Source of the DNA: an uncultured Gemmatimonadales bacterium
GTDB taxonomy: Bacteria; Gemmatimonadota; Gemmatimonadetes; Gemmatimonadales; Gemmatimonadaceae
Direction of reading: 5' to 3'
NCBI GenBank assembly: GCA_963851265.1
Contig: CAWKNZ010000002.1
Location: 448,001-512,000 of the forward strand
Length of the DNA stretch: 64,000 bases
Shown: piece by piece, positions 30,913 to 40,791 of the stretch
Layout of the letters: every line of letters starts with the position of its first letter
Numbering within the stretch: position 1 is the stretch's first letter
Notes under the pieces: generated by a model
What the model was told of the DNA's origin: nothing
Databases searched by the model: none
Seen by the model: the letters and a program-made list of their open reading frames with translations, nothing else
Position numbers and translations under genes: made by a program

Positions 30913-31812
30913 TTAGGCACGCGCGCGCCGCCGGGCGAGCGTGCCGAGTGCTCCGACGCCCGCGGCCGTGAGCGCCCAGGTGGACGGCTCGGGAGCGGTG
31001 GTCACCCCGCCCGACCCCGCCGGCACGAGACGCGACGCATAGATGGTGGAGATCTGCGCCGCTGTCAGGTCCGTGTTGAACACCGCCACGTCGGCGATCG
31101 CGCCGTCGAAGTAGCGGCCGCCGAACACGTTACTCTGCCCGATGTAGAAGGGCGCGGAGTTGGTCCCGTGCGGACCGGGCGTGTCGCCGACCCCGCCCGC
31201 CAGGGCCCCGTCGATGTACACATAACGGTCGACGCCCGTGGCGAACGTGGCCGCCACGAACACCCACCGGTTTAGGTCGCTGCTGCCGAACGGAGTGTAA
31301 GACGTGGTGTTGCCACCGGCTTCGGTGTAGAAATGGAGGAGGTTGTCCGCCGGGTTAATCTGGAGGTCGAAGTCATTGCCGCCATTCGACTCGCCAGCGA
31401 TCGAGAACGCGCGGCCCTGCGCGGAGGGGAGCGAGGCGAGGTTGATCCACGCGACGATGCTGCCGCTGTTGCCGATCCCGCCGAGGAGCGGATTGCTGCC
31501 GCCGGCGGTGGCGTACTTCTGCCCGGTCGCGCCGTTGTTGAGGAGCAGTGCGGAGCTCGACGGGTCGCTGATGTTCGGTCCGCTGCCGGGGCCGCCGACG
31601 GTGGCGCCGTTCTGGAGCGTGCCGGTATAGCCGTTCACGACGCTGTTGGCCTGCGCCGATTGCGTGAACGTGTAGTACGCGAGCAGGCCGGGCGTGCTCT
31701 CGACGGTCGCGTTGTAGCCCTGCTGCGCGCCGGCGTGGGCCGCGACCGCCGCGAGCGCGAACGTGGTGAGGGCCGCCCGGCGCAGGCCGGACGTGGGGGG
31801 CAGTGCGGGCAT
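30913..31812 (-). CDS. LamG-like jellyroll PEP-CTERM protein
   Basis: Signal peptide ending AHAGAQ, SIVAWIN..WVFVAAT..YIDG..FDGAIADVAVFN, C-terminal APEPSTWAL-TM-RRR. Confidence 0.88.
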   Translation of the reverse strand: MPALPPTSGLRRAALTTFALAAVAAHAGAQQGYNATVESTPGLLAYYTFTQSAQANSVVNGYTGTLQNGATVGGPGSGPNISDPSSSALLLNNGATGQKYATAGGSNPLLGGIGNSGSIVAWINLASLPSAQGRAFSIAGESNGGNDFDLQINPADNLLHFYTEAGGNTTSYTPFGSSDLNRWVFVAATFATGVDRYVYIDGALAGGVGDTPGPHGTNSAPFYIGQSNVFGGRYFDGAIADVAVFNTDLTAAQISTIYASRLVPAGSGGVTTAPEPSTWALTAAGVGALGTLARRRARA

Positions 31813-31967
31813 CGGGGAACTCCGTGCGGGGGTGGCGGCCCGCGCGCCCGTGGACGGACGCGCGCCGGGCCGTGCCGGCCGCCGGGGATGGCGGCCGTAC
31901 CCGGCAACGCGTAGAACTGCTCCAGATCCCATCACGCAACGCAGTCGCTACACCGCGCGACCGGCGT

Positions 31968-32537
31968 TCACGCCCCCGCCAGCTCCGCCGACAGCCACGC
32001 GCGCGCCACCGCCCACTCGCGCGAGACCGTGATCGGCGCGATCCCGAGCGCCTCCGCCGTCTCCTCGACCGTGAGCCCGGTGAAGAAGCGCAGCTCGACG
32101 ATCCGCGCCTGCCGCGGGTCCACGCGCGCGAGCGCCCGGAGCGCCTCGTCCACCCGCAACACGTCCGCGGCCGGGCCGGCGTCCGGCAGGTCGGGGTCGA
32201 GCGTGACGAGCTGCCCGCCGCGCTTGGCCGCCTGCGCGCGCCGCGCGTGGTCGACCAGCAGCCGCCGCATCTGTTCGGCCGCCACCACGAAGAACTGCGT
32301 GCGGTTCTGCCACCGCGCCCGCCGCTGCGCGACGAGGCGCAGGAACGCGTCGTGGACGAGCGCCGTCGGCTGCAGCGTGTGGTCCGCGCGCTCGCGCTTC
32401 AGGTACGCCTCGGCCACGCGGTACAGCTCGTCGTAGACGGCCGCGGCGAGCCGGTCGACCGCGTGCGACCTCGCGTCGGCTCCGGCATCCCGGACGTCGT
32501 GCAGGAGCTGCGTGATCGAGGCGGCTGACGCGGTCAC
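31968..32537 (-). CDS. ECF sigma factor of the kinase-associated type (TIGR02999-like)
   Basis: ITQLL, YDEL, HTLQPTALVHDAFLRL, MRRLLVDHAR, KRGG, ELRFFTGL. Confidence 0.92.
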   Translation of the reverse strand: MTASAASITQLLHDVRDAGADARSHAVDRLAAAVYDELYRVAEAYLKRERADHTLQPTALVHDAFLRLVAQRRARWQNRTQFFVVAAEQMRRLLVDHARRAQAAKRGGQLVTLDPDLPDAGPAADVLRVDEALRALARVDPRQARIVELRFFTGLTVEETAEALGIAPITVSREWAVARAWLSAELAGA

Positions 32538-32613
32538 GGTGGGGCAGTGGAGGACCCGACAATATGCGCCGCCAGCCCGCGCGACGAAACGGCGGCGCGG
32601 GGTGACGGGTCTG

Positions 32614-33570
32614 CTACGAGGCCCGACCCGTCACCCCCGCGAGGAACGGCAGCACCGCCGCGAACAGCGCGTCCGGCTGCTCGACGTACGGGACGTGCCC
32701 GCACCGCTCCAGCACCGCGAGTCGCGCGCCCGCGACGGCCGCGACGAGCGCCTCGCTCGACGCGAGCGGGATCGGGTCCTCGCGCCCGTGCGCGACGAAC
32801 ACCGGGCAGGCGATCCGGCCGAGGTGCGGCACCAGGTCGTAGTCGCCTAACGATTCCCAGACGCTCTGCTGCACCCGCCCGGTGACGCGGAACGGCGTGA
32901 GGTCGCGCGCCCGCTCCGGATCGAAGAAGTACCCCGCCACGCTCAGCTCGAACGCGCGCTGCCGGTACGCCTCGGGGTCGCGCTCGCGCAGGCCGCCCGC
33001 TGCCAGCTCGGCGCGCATTGCCGCGATCCGCGGGTCCTGCGACCGCCGGGCGAACTCCCCCTCGAAGTGCTCGCGGAAGCGGCGCGTGACGGGCGCGGGG
33101 TCGATCAGCGTGAGCGAGGCGGGCGCGACCCTCGCGTGCGCGCTCGCGCCGCCGACGGGCGCGCCTAACGTCGCCAGCGCGACGCCGGCCGCGTCGAGCG
33201 CGTAGAGCAGCGCGAGCAGTCCGCCCCAGGAGTAGCCCACGAGGTGGAGCGGGCGGTCGCCGACGAGTTCGGCGGCGACGCGGGCGAGGTCGTCCACGTG
33301 GGTGCGCCAGGTGACCGGCCCCACGTCGTCGGCCGCCGTCTTCGAGCGCCCGCCGCCGCGCTGGTCGTAGAACACGCAGTCGTACCGATCAGCGAGCCGC
33401 AGCAACTGCGGCAGCAGGTACCGGTGGTCCGCGCCGGGACCGCCGTGGAGCACGAGCAGGCGGGGCGCGGCGGAGGTCGCCGGGCCGGGGCCCCAGGCGG
33501 CCCAGTAGAGCGGGCGGGTGGTCGTCGCGGTGTCGCCCGCGGCGCGAGGGGCGGGGATGGGGAGCGGCAT
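32614..33570 (-). CDS. Alpha/beta hydrolase (proline iminopeptidase-like)
   Basis: LHGGPG, YDQRGGGRS, GYSWGG, HGRED, GHVPY. Confidence 0.85.
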   Translation of the reverse strand: MPLPIPAPRAAGDTATTTRPLYWAAWGPGPATSAAPRLLVLHGGPGADHRYLLPQLLRLADRYDCVFYDQRGGGRSKTAADDVGPVTWRTHVDDLARVAAELVGDRPLHLVGYSWGGLLALLYALDAAGVALATLGAPVGGASAHARVAPASLTLIDPAPVTRRFREHFEGEFARRSQDPRIAAMRAELAAGGLRERDPEAYRQRAFELSVAGYFFDPERARDLTPFRVTGRVQQSVWESLGDYDLVPHLGRIACPVFVAHGREDPIPLASSEALVAAVAGARLAVLERCGHVPYVEQPDALFAAVLPFLAGVTGRAS

Positions 33571-33656
33571 GGGGCGAAGATAGCCACGGCTCACCGGCGC
33601 TCCGCCGGCGCGCGCGCCCATGGCGTCCCGGTCGCCGGCGGCTCACGCCGAGCCCG

Positions 33657-34559
33657 TCACGCGAACCGCGCGACCACCCCCACCGTGTTCACGTGCACCG
33701 CGACCGTGTCCCGCACGTGCCGCCCGTAGCCGCCGGCGATCGTCGCGCACACCGGGATCCCCACCTCGCGGCACGCCTCCAGCACCATCCAGTCGCGCCG
33801 CACGAGCCCGTCGAACGTCAGCTTCAACCGGCCCAGGCGGTCCCCCTCGTGCGGGTCGGCGCCGGCGAGGTAGACGACGAGGTCGGGCGCCGCGTCGCGC
33901 AACACGCGCGGCAGGTGGGCGCCCAACAGGGCGAGGTACTCGGCGTCGCCCGTCCCGTCGGCCAACTCCACGTCGCGGGCCCCAGGGACCTTGTGGAAGG
34001 GGAAGTTCTTCGCACCGTGCATCGAAAACGTGTACACGTCGGGGTCGCCCGCGAAGCACGCGTGCGTGCCGTTCCCCTGGTGCACGTCGAGGTCGACCAC
34101 GCACGCCCGGCGCACGTGCCCGGCGCGTTGCAATCGACGGATCGCAACGGCGACGTCGTTGAAGGTGCAGAACCCCTCGCCCCGGTCTGGGAACGCGTGG
34201 TGCGTGCCGCCCGCGAGGTTCATCGCCACGCCGTACTGCAGCGCGGCCTCCGCGGCCTCGCACGTGCCGCGTACCACGCGGTACGCGCGCTCGACGAACG
34301 CCGGCGACCAGGGAAGTCCGATGCGCCGCTGCTCGGCGTAGGGCAGGGTGCCGTCGGTGACCTGCCCGACGTACTCGGGCGTGTGGACGAGGAGCAGGTC
34401 GTCGAGCGGCGCCCGCGGCGGGTCGTGCATCCGCTCCGGCGGCACCAGCCCCGCGGCGAGCACACCCTCGCGCAGCAGGGCGTACTTCGCCATCGGGAAG
34501 CGGTGACCTTCGGGCAGCGGGATCGCGTACGCCGCGGAGGACCAGAGGTGGAGCGGCAC
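33657..34559 (-). CDS. Histone deacetylase-family (zinc) deacylase
   Basis: HRFPMAKY, GGTHHA, GFC, DLDVHQGNGT, GADP, GGY. Confidence 0.93.
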   Translation of the reverse strand: MPLHLWSSAAYAIPLPEGHRFPMAKYALLREGVLAAGLVPPERMHDPPRAPLDDLLLVHTPEYVGQVTDGTLPYAEQRRIGLPWSPAFVERAYRVVRGTCEAAEAALQYGVAMNLAGGTHHAFPDRGEGFCTFNDVAVAIRRLQRAGHVRRACVVDLDVHQGNGTHACFAGDPDVYTFSMHGAKNFPFHKVPGARDVELADGTGDAEYLALLGAHLPRVLRDAAPDLVVYLAGADPHEGDRLGRLKLTFDGLVRRDWMVLEACREVGIPVCATIAGGYGRHVRDTVAVHVNTVGVVARFA

Positions 34560-34612
34560 GTCGGGAAGGCCGGCGGGCGCGCGCCGCGGCGCCTGACGAA
34601 CCGTCGACTGCG

Positions 34613-35965
34613 CTACCGCGCCGCCACCGCCGTCGCGGCGCCGTTCTGCACGTACACCACGCCGCCCTTCATCACGAAGCTGACGCGCTGCGTGACCGTG
34701 ATGTCCTGCAGCGGATCCCCCGGCACGGCGACCACGTCGGCCAGCCGTCCCGCCGCGAGCGTGCCCACGCGGTCCTGCCAGCCGAGCAGGCGCGCCGCCG
34801 TCGACGTCCCGGCGACGATCGCCTGCATCGGCGTCATCCCCGAGCGCACCATCAGCCCGAACTCCTCCGCGTTCTTACCGTGCGGCCCGACGCCCGCGTC
34901 CGTGCCTAACGCGATCGGGATGCCGTAGCGCAGCGCGAGCTGGACGCGCCGCGGACCGGCCGCGTACGCCGCGAGCGCCTTCTGCGCGCGCAGCCCCTTG
35001 AGCGTGCCGTTCTCCGCCGCCGTCTTCGACGCCTCCATCGCCTGCAGCGTCGGGACGAGGTACGTGCCGCGCGCCTTCATCATCCGCGCGCCCTCCTCAT
35101 CGAGGAACGTGCCGTGCTCGATGCTCGTCACCCCCGCCTGCACCGCCAGCCGGATCCCCTCGGCCCCGTGCGCGTGCGCGGCGACCGGGCGTTCGAGCTT
35201 CTTCGCCTCGCCCACGATCGCCTGCATCTCTTCGAGCGTGTACTGCGTGGCGCCGATCGCGTCCCCCTCCGAGAGCACGCCGCCCGTCGCGCAGATCTTG
35301 ATCACGTCGGCGCCGTACTTCACCTGGTAGCGCACGGCCTTGCGCCCCTCGTCCGCGCCGTCGGCCACGCCGGTGCGGTAGTCGGCGTCGGCCAGCCCCG
35401 GCTTGAAGCCGTTCTCGTCGCAGTGGCCGCCCGTGATGCCGAACGAGTGCCCCGCGTTCTCCATCCGCGGGCCGACGGCGTGCCCCTCGTCGACGATCTT
35501 GCGCAGCGCCATGTCGTCGAAGTCGGGCGACCCCACGTTGCGGATGCTCGTGAAGCCCGCCATCAGCGTCTTGCGCGCGTTCTCCGCGCCCAGCAGCGCG
35601 TTGTAGGCGGGAAAGTCGCGCACGATCGCGTCGTCGCCGCCGGGCTGGCTCAGCGAGCGCCCGATGATGTGCGTGTGCGCGTCGATGAAGCCGGGCATGA
35701 GCGTGACGTCGCCGAGGTCGACTACGCGGGCACCGCTCGGGATGGTCACGCTCGCGGCCGGGCCGGCGGCGGTGATCCGGTCGCCGGTGATCACGACGGC
35801 CGCGTCGCGCACCGTGGCGGCACCGGTTCCGTCGATGAGGCGCGTGGCGCGAAGCACGACCGTCTGCCGCGCGACCTCGGGCGTGGCGGCGGGGAACTGC
35901 GCGGCGGCCGGGCGCGAAGCGGACAGGCCGAACAGCGCGAGCGAGGCGAGCGTGAGGCGGCGCAT
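34613..35965 (-). CDS. Secreted metal-dependent amidohydrolase (Xaa-Pro dipeptidase-like)
   Basis: Signal peptide, PGFIDAHTH, DVIK, AAHAHG, SIEHG, GTDAG. Confidence 0.9.
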   Translation of the reverse strand: MRRLTLASLALFGLSASRPAAAQFPAATPEVARQTVVLRATRLIDGTGAATVRDAAVVITGDRITAAGPAASVTIPSGARVVDLGDVTLMPGFIDAHTHIIGRSLSQPGGDDAIVRDFPAYNALLGAENARKTLMAGFTSIRNVGSPDFDDMALRKIVDEGHAVGPRMENAGHSFGITGGHCDENGFKPGLADADYRTGVADGADEGRKAVRYQVKYGADVIKICATGGVLSEGDAIGATQYTLEEMQAIVGEAKKLERPVAAHAHGAEGIRLAVQAGVTSIEHGTFLDEEGARMMKARGTYLVPTLQAMEASKTAAENGTLKGLRAQKALAAYAAGPRRVQLALRYGIPIALGTDAGVGPHGKNAEEFGLMVRSGMTPMQAIVAGTSTAARLLGWQDRVGTLAAGRLADVVAVPGDPLQDITVTQRVSFVMKGGVVYVQNGAATAVAAR

Positions 35966-36015
35966 GGGGCGCGGGGGGTGGGGGAGGCGGGGCAGGGCGG
36001 GAGGGAACGCTGAAG

Positions 36016-36933
36016 TTACGCGCGCAGGCCCCGAGCGTTGCGGTCGGCCGCCGCGACGCGGCGCAGCCGCCGGAGAGCGAGCGCCCCGACGCCGACCGAT
36101 ACGAGCACGCCGCCCGCCGCCGGCCAGAACACGCGCGGGTCGTGCGCCATGCGGAGCAGCGCACCCTCGTCGGTGCGCGGCGTGAGCACCCCGAGCACGA
36201 TCAGCGACGCGTTGTACGCGCCGTGGAGTACCACGCTCGGCCAGATCGACCTCGTGGCCCACGCGGCGTATCCCGAGGCGACCGCGAAGCCGAAGCGCAG
36301 CGGGAACCCGAACAGCTGCGCGTGCGCGGCCGCGAACGCGAACGCGGTGACCGCGATGGCGCCCCACGCTGGCAATCGCCGCTCGAGGCCGCGCTGCATC
36401 CAGCCGCGAAACAGGAACTCCTCGAGCAGCGGCGCCACCGCGGCCGCGAGGACCAGCAGCGCGACGGCGCCGAACGGCTGCCGCAGGTACGCGCCCGTCA
36501 TGCCGTCGTCGTCGTGCGGCACGGCCAGCACGCGCGGCAGCACGACGAGCGCGCACTGCGTTCCCGCAATCACGGCAGCCGCGGTGGCGGCGACCCACGG
36601 CCACGCGCCCGCCGGCACCGGGCGCAGGCGGAAGTGCGCCGCGCGCCACCATTCGCGCCGCCGCACCACGCGCACCACGAACCACCAGACGAACGCCGCG
36701 GCCACGGTCGCGTTGACCACGGCGCCGGCGAGCGGCGGGACGAGAAAGTGCACCGCGCCCGGGCCGATCGGCAGGCGCGGCAGCATGAACACCGCCTGCA
36801 CGAGGCCCCAGAGCACCACCGCCCCCGCGCGCCGCAGCCAGAGCGCGGACCCGCGCGGCCGCGCGCCCGGCGGGCGTGGCGGGGCCGCGAGCCCCGCGCG
36901 CGGCGCGGGGCTCGACGTCGCCGCCGCGGTCAC
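36016..36933 (-). CDS. CPBP/CAAX (Abi) intramembrane protease
   Basis: EEFLFRG, FAAAH, HGAYN; GTGA overlap with M28 stop. Confidence 0.88.
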   Translation of the reverse strand: MTAAATSSPAPRAGLAAPPRPPGARPRGSALWLRRAGAVVLWGLVQAVFMLPRLPIGPGAVHFLVPPLAGAVVNATVAAAFVWWFVVRVVRRREWWRAAHFRLRPVPAGAWPWVAATAAAVIAGTQCALVVLPRVLAVPHDDDGMTGAYLRQPFGAVALLVLAAAVAPLLEEFLFRGWMQRGLERRLPAWGAIAVTAFAFAAAHAQLFGFPLRFGFAVASGYAAWATRSIWPSVVLHGAYNASLIVLGVLTPRTDEGALLRMAHDPRVFWPAAGGVLVSVGVGALALRRLRRVAAADRNARGLRA

Positions 36934-38387
36934 TCCCCGCGCCGGCCTAACGTCACGCTCGTGCGCACCCGCTCGCCGCCGCGCAGCACCACCACGGCGA
37001 CCACGTCGCCCGGCGCGTGGCTGTAGAGCGCGTCGGTGTAGCTGTACAGGTCGGTCACCGGCTTCCCGCCGAACTCCACGACCAGGTCGCCGCCCTTGAG
37101 CCCGGCCCTGTCGGCGGGACTCCCCGGCGTGACGCCCTGCAGCTTGAGCCCCTTCACGTCGTCGGCCGACATGTCGGGCACCGAGCCCAGGTACGGCTGC
37201 GGGCCGCCCGAACCCGGCCCGCTGGCCATCGTCGGCCGCGCCGGTGCGCGGCGGAACGTGAGCCGCGCCGGCCGGTCCGCCACGCGCCGCAGCACGCCCT
37301 CGGCGAGCGCGATCACGCGCGCCTCGCCGGGCGCGTTGATCTTCGCGGCCACGTCGGTCGCGGCGTGGTAGTCCGCGTGCTGGTCGGTGAAGAAGTGCAG
37401 CACCGGGACGCCCGCTTCGTAGAACGACGCGTGGTCGCTCGGCCCCTCGCCGTCGCCTAACGCCTTCACCTGCAGCCGCGGGCCCGCCGCGTTCGACGAG
37501 TCGAGGAGCGCCGGCAGCTCGTCGGCCGTCGCGACGCCGTACACCAGCAGCTTGTCGTTCGCGAGCCGCCCGACCATGTCGAAGTTGAGCATCGCGCTCG
37601 CGCTGTCGAGCGGCAGCGGGCTGTGCGCGACGAAGTACTGCGAGCCGAGCACGCCGAGCTCCTCGCCGCTGAACGCCACGAAGAGTACCGAGCGGCGCGC
37701 CGGGCGCGCCGAGACGCGCGCCGCGAGCTCGAGCACCGCGGCCACGCCCGACGCGTTGTCGTCCGCACCGGGGTGGACGACCGCGCCGGCCTTGGGGTCG
37801 GTCGCGAACTGCGTCTCGCGGCCGAGGTGGTCGTAGTGGGCGCCCACCACCACCACCTGCCCGCGGAGCGCCGGGTCGGTGCCCGCGACGAGGCCGACCA
37901 CGTTCTCGGCCGGGAGGGCGAACGGCTTGCCCGCGTGCGCGAGCGCCGCGGAGCGGGCCGAGAAGCGCTGGTAGTAGCTCGCGCACGGAACGCTGTCCGC
38001 GGCGTCCGCGCCGGTCACCCCCGACGCGTTCGGCCCCGACGCGTTCGGCCCCGAAGCGTAGTCGCGGGCGGGACCGGGGACGGCCGACACGTGGGTCGCG
38101 CACCGCTCCGCGTCCGCCGGGTCGACGACGACGGGCGTGAGCCCGAGAGTGCCGAACCGCCGCGCCACGTACGCCGCGGCCGTGTCCGCGCCGGGCGAGC
38201 CGGTGAAGCGCCCCTCCAGCCGCGGGCTCGCGAGGTAGGCGATGTCGGCCTGCACGCGCGCGGCGACCGCGGCGGTCGAGGTGTCCGCCCTCGCCCGGCC
38301 GCGGTGGTCGGCGTGTTGGGCCGGCAGCACCGCCGGCGCGCCGAGGAGCACGCCCGCGGCCAGTCGGAGGGAACGTCGCAGCAGCAT
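36930..38387 (-). CDS. Secreted M28 peptidase with C-terminal PDZ
   Basis: GAHYDHLG, GADDNASG, SGEELG, NFDMVG, SDHASF, DYH; PDZ YLGSVPD..GSPADRAGL. Confidence 0.92.
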   Translation of the reverse strand: MLLRRSLRLAAGVLLGAPAVLPAQHADHRGRARADTSTAAVAARVQADIAYLASPRLEGRFTGSPGADTAAAYVARRFGTLGLTPVVVDPADAERCATHVSAVPGPARDYASGPNASGPNASGVTGADAADSVPCASYYQRFSARSAALAHAGKPFALPAENVVGLVAGTDPALRGQVVVVGAHYDHLGRETQFATDPKAGAVVHPGADDNASGVAAVLELAARVSARPARRSVLFVAFSGEELGVLGSQYFVAHSPLPLDSASAMLNFDMVGRLANDKLLVYGVATADELPALLDSSNAAGPRLQVKALGDGEGPSDHASFYEAGVPVLHFFTDQHADYHAATDVAAKINAPGEARVIALAEGVLRRVADRPARLTFRRAPARPTMASGPGSGGPQPYLGSVPDMSADDVKGLKLQGVTPGSPADRAGLKGGDLVVEFGGKPVTDLYSYTDALYSHAPGDVVAVVVLRGGERVRTSVTLGRRGE

Positions 38388-38398
38388 CCGGCGCCGCC

Positions 38399-39469
38399 TC
38401 AGCGGTCGGTGAAGTCGGTGTCCGCGGTCACGGAGCGGCACGCCTCGGCGATGACCTCAGCCGCGCGGTCCAGGTCGTCGAGCGCGACCATCTCGTTAGG
38501 CGAGTGCATGTAGCGGTTGGGGATCGAGACGAGCGCCGTCGCCACCCCGGCCGTCGCGTTGTGGATCGCGTCGGCGTCGGTGAAGCTCTCGCGTCCGGCG
38601 GCGTGCAGCTGGAACGGCACGCCCAGGCGCTCGGCCGCCTCGCGCACGAACCGGTACGCCACGGGCGACACCACCGAGCCGCGCGTGAACACCGGCCCGC
38701 CGCCGAGCGTCGCCTCGCCCACCTCCTTCTTCTCGACCCCGGGGTGGTCCGTCGCGAAGGTCACGTCGACGACCACCGCCATCTGCGGCTGCACGCGCAC
38801 GGCGCTCGGGAGCGCGCCGCCGCCGCGCCACGCGATCTCCTCCTGCGTGGTCGCCACCGCCGCCACGCGCGCCGCGCCCGGCCGCTCGGCGTAGCGCCGC
38901 AGCGCCTCGACCACGACGAACGCGCCCACGCGGTTGTCGATCGAGCGCGAGACGATCCGGCCGTTAGGCAGCTCCAGCAGCGGCGTGTCCAGCACGCCCG
39001 CGTCGCCCACCTCGAGCCGCGCGAGCGTCTCGGCCTTGTTGGCCGAACCGATGTCGACCCACAGGTCGGTCAGCTTCGAGGCCTTCTCGCGCTCCTCCGG
39101 CTTCATGAGGTGGATCGGCTTCTTGCCGACCACGCCGAGCACGGCGCCGCCGCGCCCCTCGAAGCGCACGCGCTGGCCGACGAGCACCTGCGGGTCCCAC
39201 CCGCCGATCGCGCCGACGTAGACGTAGCCCTCCGCGTCGACGTGCGTGACGATGAGGCCGATCTCGTCGACGTGCCCGGCCAGGAGAATGGTCGGCGCCC
39301 CCGGTGCGCCGCCGGCGATCGCGTAACTGTTGCCGAGCACGTCCGACGAGACGTCGGCGAACGCGCGGGCGTACTCGCGCCAGACGCGGGCGGGGCCGCG
39401 CTCGAAGCCGGACGGGCCCGGGGTGTCCAGCAGGCGCTTCAGAAAGGAGGTCGAGAGGTCGTTGAGCAT
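38399..39469 (-). CDS. M42-family metallopeptidase
   Basis: AGHVDEIG, SIDNRVG, QEE, VDVT, TDAD, RYMHSPNE. Confidence 0.92.
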   Translation of the reverse strand: MLNDLSTSFLKRLLDTPGPSGFERGPARVWREYARAFADVSSDVLGNSYAIAGGAPGAPTILLAGHVDEIGLIVTHVDAEGYVYVGAIGGWDPQVLVGQRVRFEGRGGAVLGVVGKKPIHLMKPEEREKASKLTDLWVDIGSANKAETLARLEVGDAGVLDTPLLELPNGRIVSRSIDNRVGAFVVVEALRRYAERPGAARVAAVATTQEEIAWRGGGALPSAVRVQPQMAVVVDVTFATDHPGVEKKEVGEATLGGGPVFTRGSVVSPVAYRFVREAAERLGVPFQLHAAGRESFTDADAIHNATAGVATALVSIPNRYMHSPNEMVALDDLDRAAEVIAEACRSVTADTDFTDR

Positions 39470-39561
39470 GAGGCGGACGAACGCGGCAACGCCTCACGCT
39501 TGTCAACCCCGGCGTGCGACGCGGACCTTGTGAACACCGGCGCGAGGAGGAAAGTTGCCGC

Positions 39562-39927
39562 ATGGTTCTCATCTTCCTGGCGATCGGCCTCGCCGCGGGC
39601 GTGCTCTCCGGACTGTTCGGGATCGGCGGCGGCATCGTCATCGTCCCGGCGCTTCTCTACTTCGCCCAGATGCAGCCGGCCCAGGCGACCGGGACCTCGC
39701 TCGGCGCGCTCCTCCTCCCCGTCGGCGTGCTAGGCGCGTGGGAGTACTACAAGACCGGCGCGCTCGACGTACGCGCGTCGCTGCTCGTGGCGGCCGGACT
39801 CACGGTCGGCGCGTACTTCGGCGCCCGCCTCAACCACCTGCTCTCGCCCGTGCAGGCCAAGCGCGCCTTCGCCCTGTTCCTCGCCGCGGTCGCGGTCCGG
39901 CTCTGGGTGACGGCGAAGGGGAGCTGA
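39562..39927 (+). CDS. Half-size TauE/SafE (TSUP) transporter family protein
   Basis: GVLSGLFGIGGGIVIVP, ATGTSL; about four TMs. Confidence 0.85.
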   Translation: MVLIFLAIGLAAGVLSGLFGIGGGIVIVPALLYFAQMQPAQATGTSLGALLLPVGVLGAWEYYKTGALDVRASLLVAAGLTVGAYFGARLNHLLSPVQAKRAFALFLAAVAVRLWVTAKGS

Positions 39928-39959
39928 CGCCCCGGAACGCCCGAGCCCACCCGGGCGGG

Positions 39960-40610
39960 TCAACCGGTCACGGCCGGCGTCCCGCCCCGCACCAGGTCCG
40001 CGACGAGGGCGGCCGCCTCGTCTATCCCGACGCGCCCGGTGTTGATCTGGACGTCGTAGAGCAGGGGATCGTTCCAGTCGCGCCGGTGGTGGCGTTGGAT
40101 GTACCGGCCGCGCTCGTCGTCCATCCGCCGGGCCTCCGTCGCCGCACGCGCCGCGTGCCAACCGAGCCGCGACGCCACCCGGTGTGCGCGCGCCTCCACG
40201 GGCGCGACGAGCCGGACGTGAAAACTCCCCGGGCGCTGGTGGAACAGGCACTGCGCGCCGTGCCCGACGACGACCACCGGTGGCGCTTGCGCCGCCTCCA
40301 CGATCACCCGCCGTACCGCATCGGCGACGTCGTCGGGGCCGAGCCGTTCGTGGGCGGGGACGTAGGCGGACGGGAGTTCGGGCGGGAGGACGAACATCGC
40401 GGCCGCGATGCGCGACAGGCGCGTCGGCGGGTGCTCGTCGAGCCGCTCCACCACGGACGCGTCCAGCGCGAGCTGCTCGGCCACGTGGTAGACGATCGCG
40501 CGGTCGAGCACCGGCCAGCCGAGCCTGGCGCCGAGGGCCTCGGCGAACTCGCTGCCGCCGCTGCCGAACTCGCGGGAGACGGTGATGAGGTCGATCGGTT
40601 GGGTGGGCAT
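39960..40610 (-). CDS. Cytidylate kinase-like family protein
   Basis: ITVSREFGSGG, D..R..Y, YDVQINT. Confidence 0.85.
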   Translation of the reverse strand: MPTQPIDLITVSREFGSGGSEFAEALGARLGWPVLDRAIVYHVAEQLALDASVVERLDEHPPTRLSRIAAAMFVLPPELPSAYVPAHERLGPDDVADAVRRVIVEAAQAPPVVVVGHGAQCLFHQRPGSFHVRLVAPVEARAHRVASRLGWHAARAATEARRMDDERGRYIQRHHRRDWNDPLLYDVQINTGRVGIDEAAALVADLVRGGTPAVTG

Positions 40611-40791
40611 CGTCCGGTCCTCGTGACGGCGTCGTGTGGGTCGCACGGGGTGTACATGAAGAGTACGACGCGTACCGCATCGGCGTTGCCCCGCCGGCCT
40701 GCACGTCCGGCGCCGAGTGCGCGGGCGGCGCCCGGCGACGTCGGCCGCCGGGGCGGGCTCCGTCCTGGAAGGCCCCGCCCCGGCGGCTCCG

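Noticed and set aside
39562..39927. Short TauE gene as a pseudogene
   Set aside because: Half-size TSUP proteins are a known form, and this ORF has a clean start and stop
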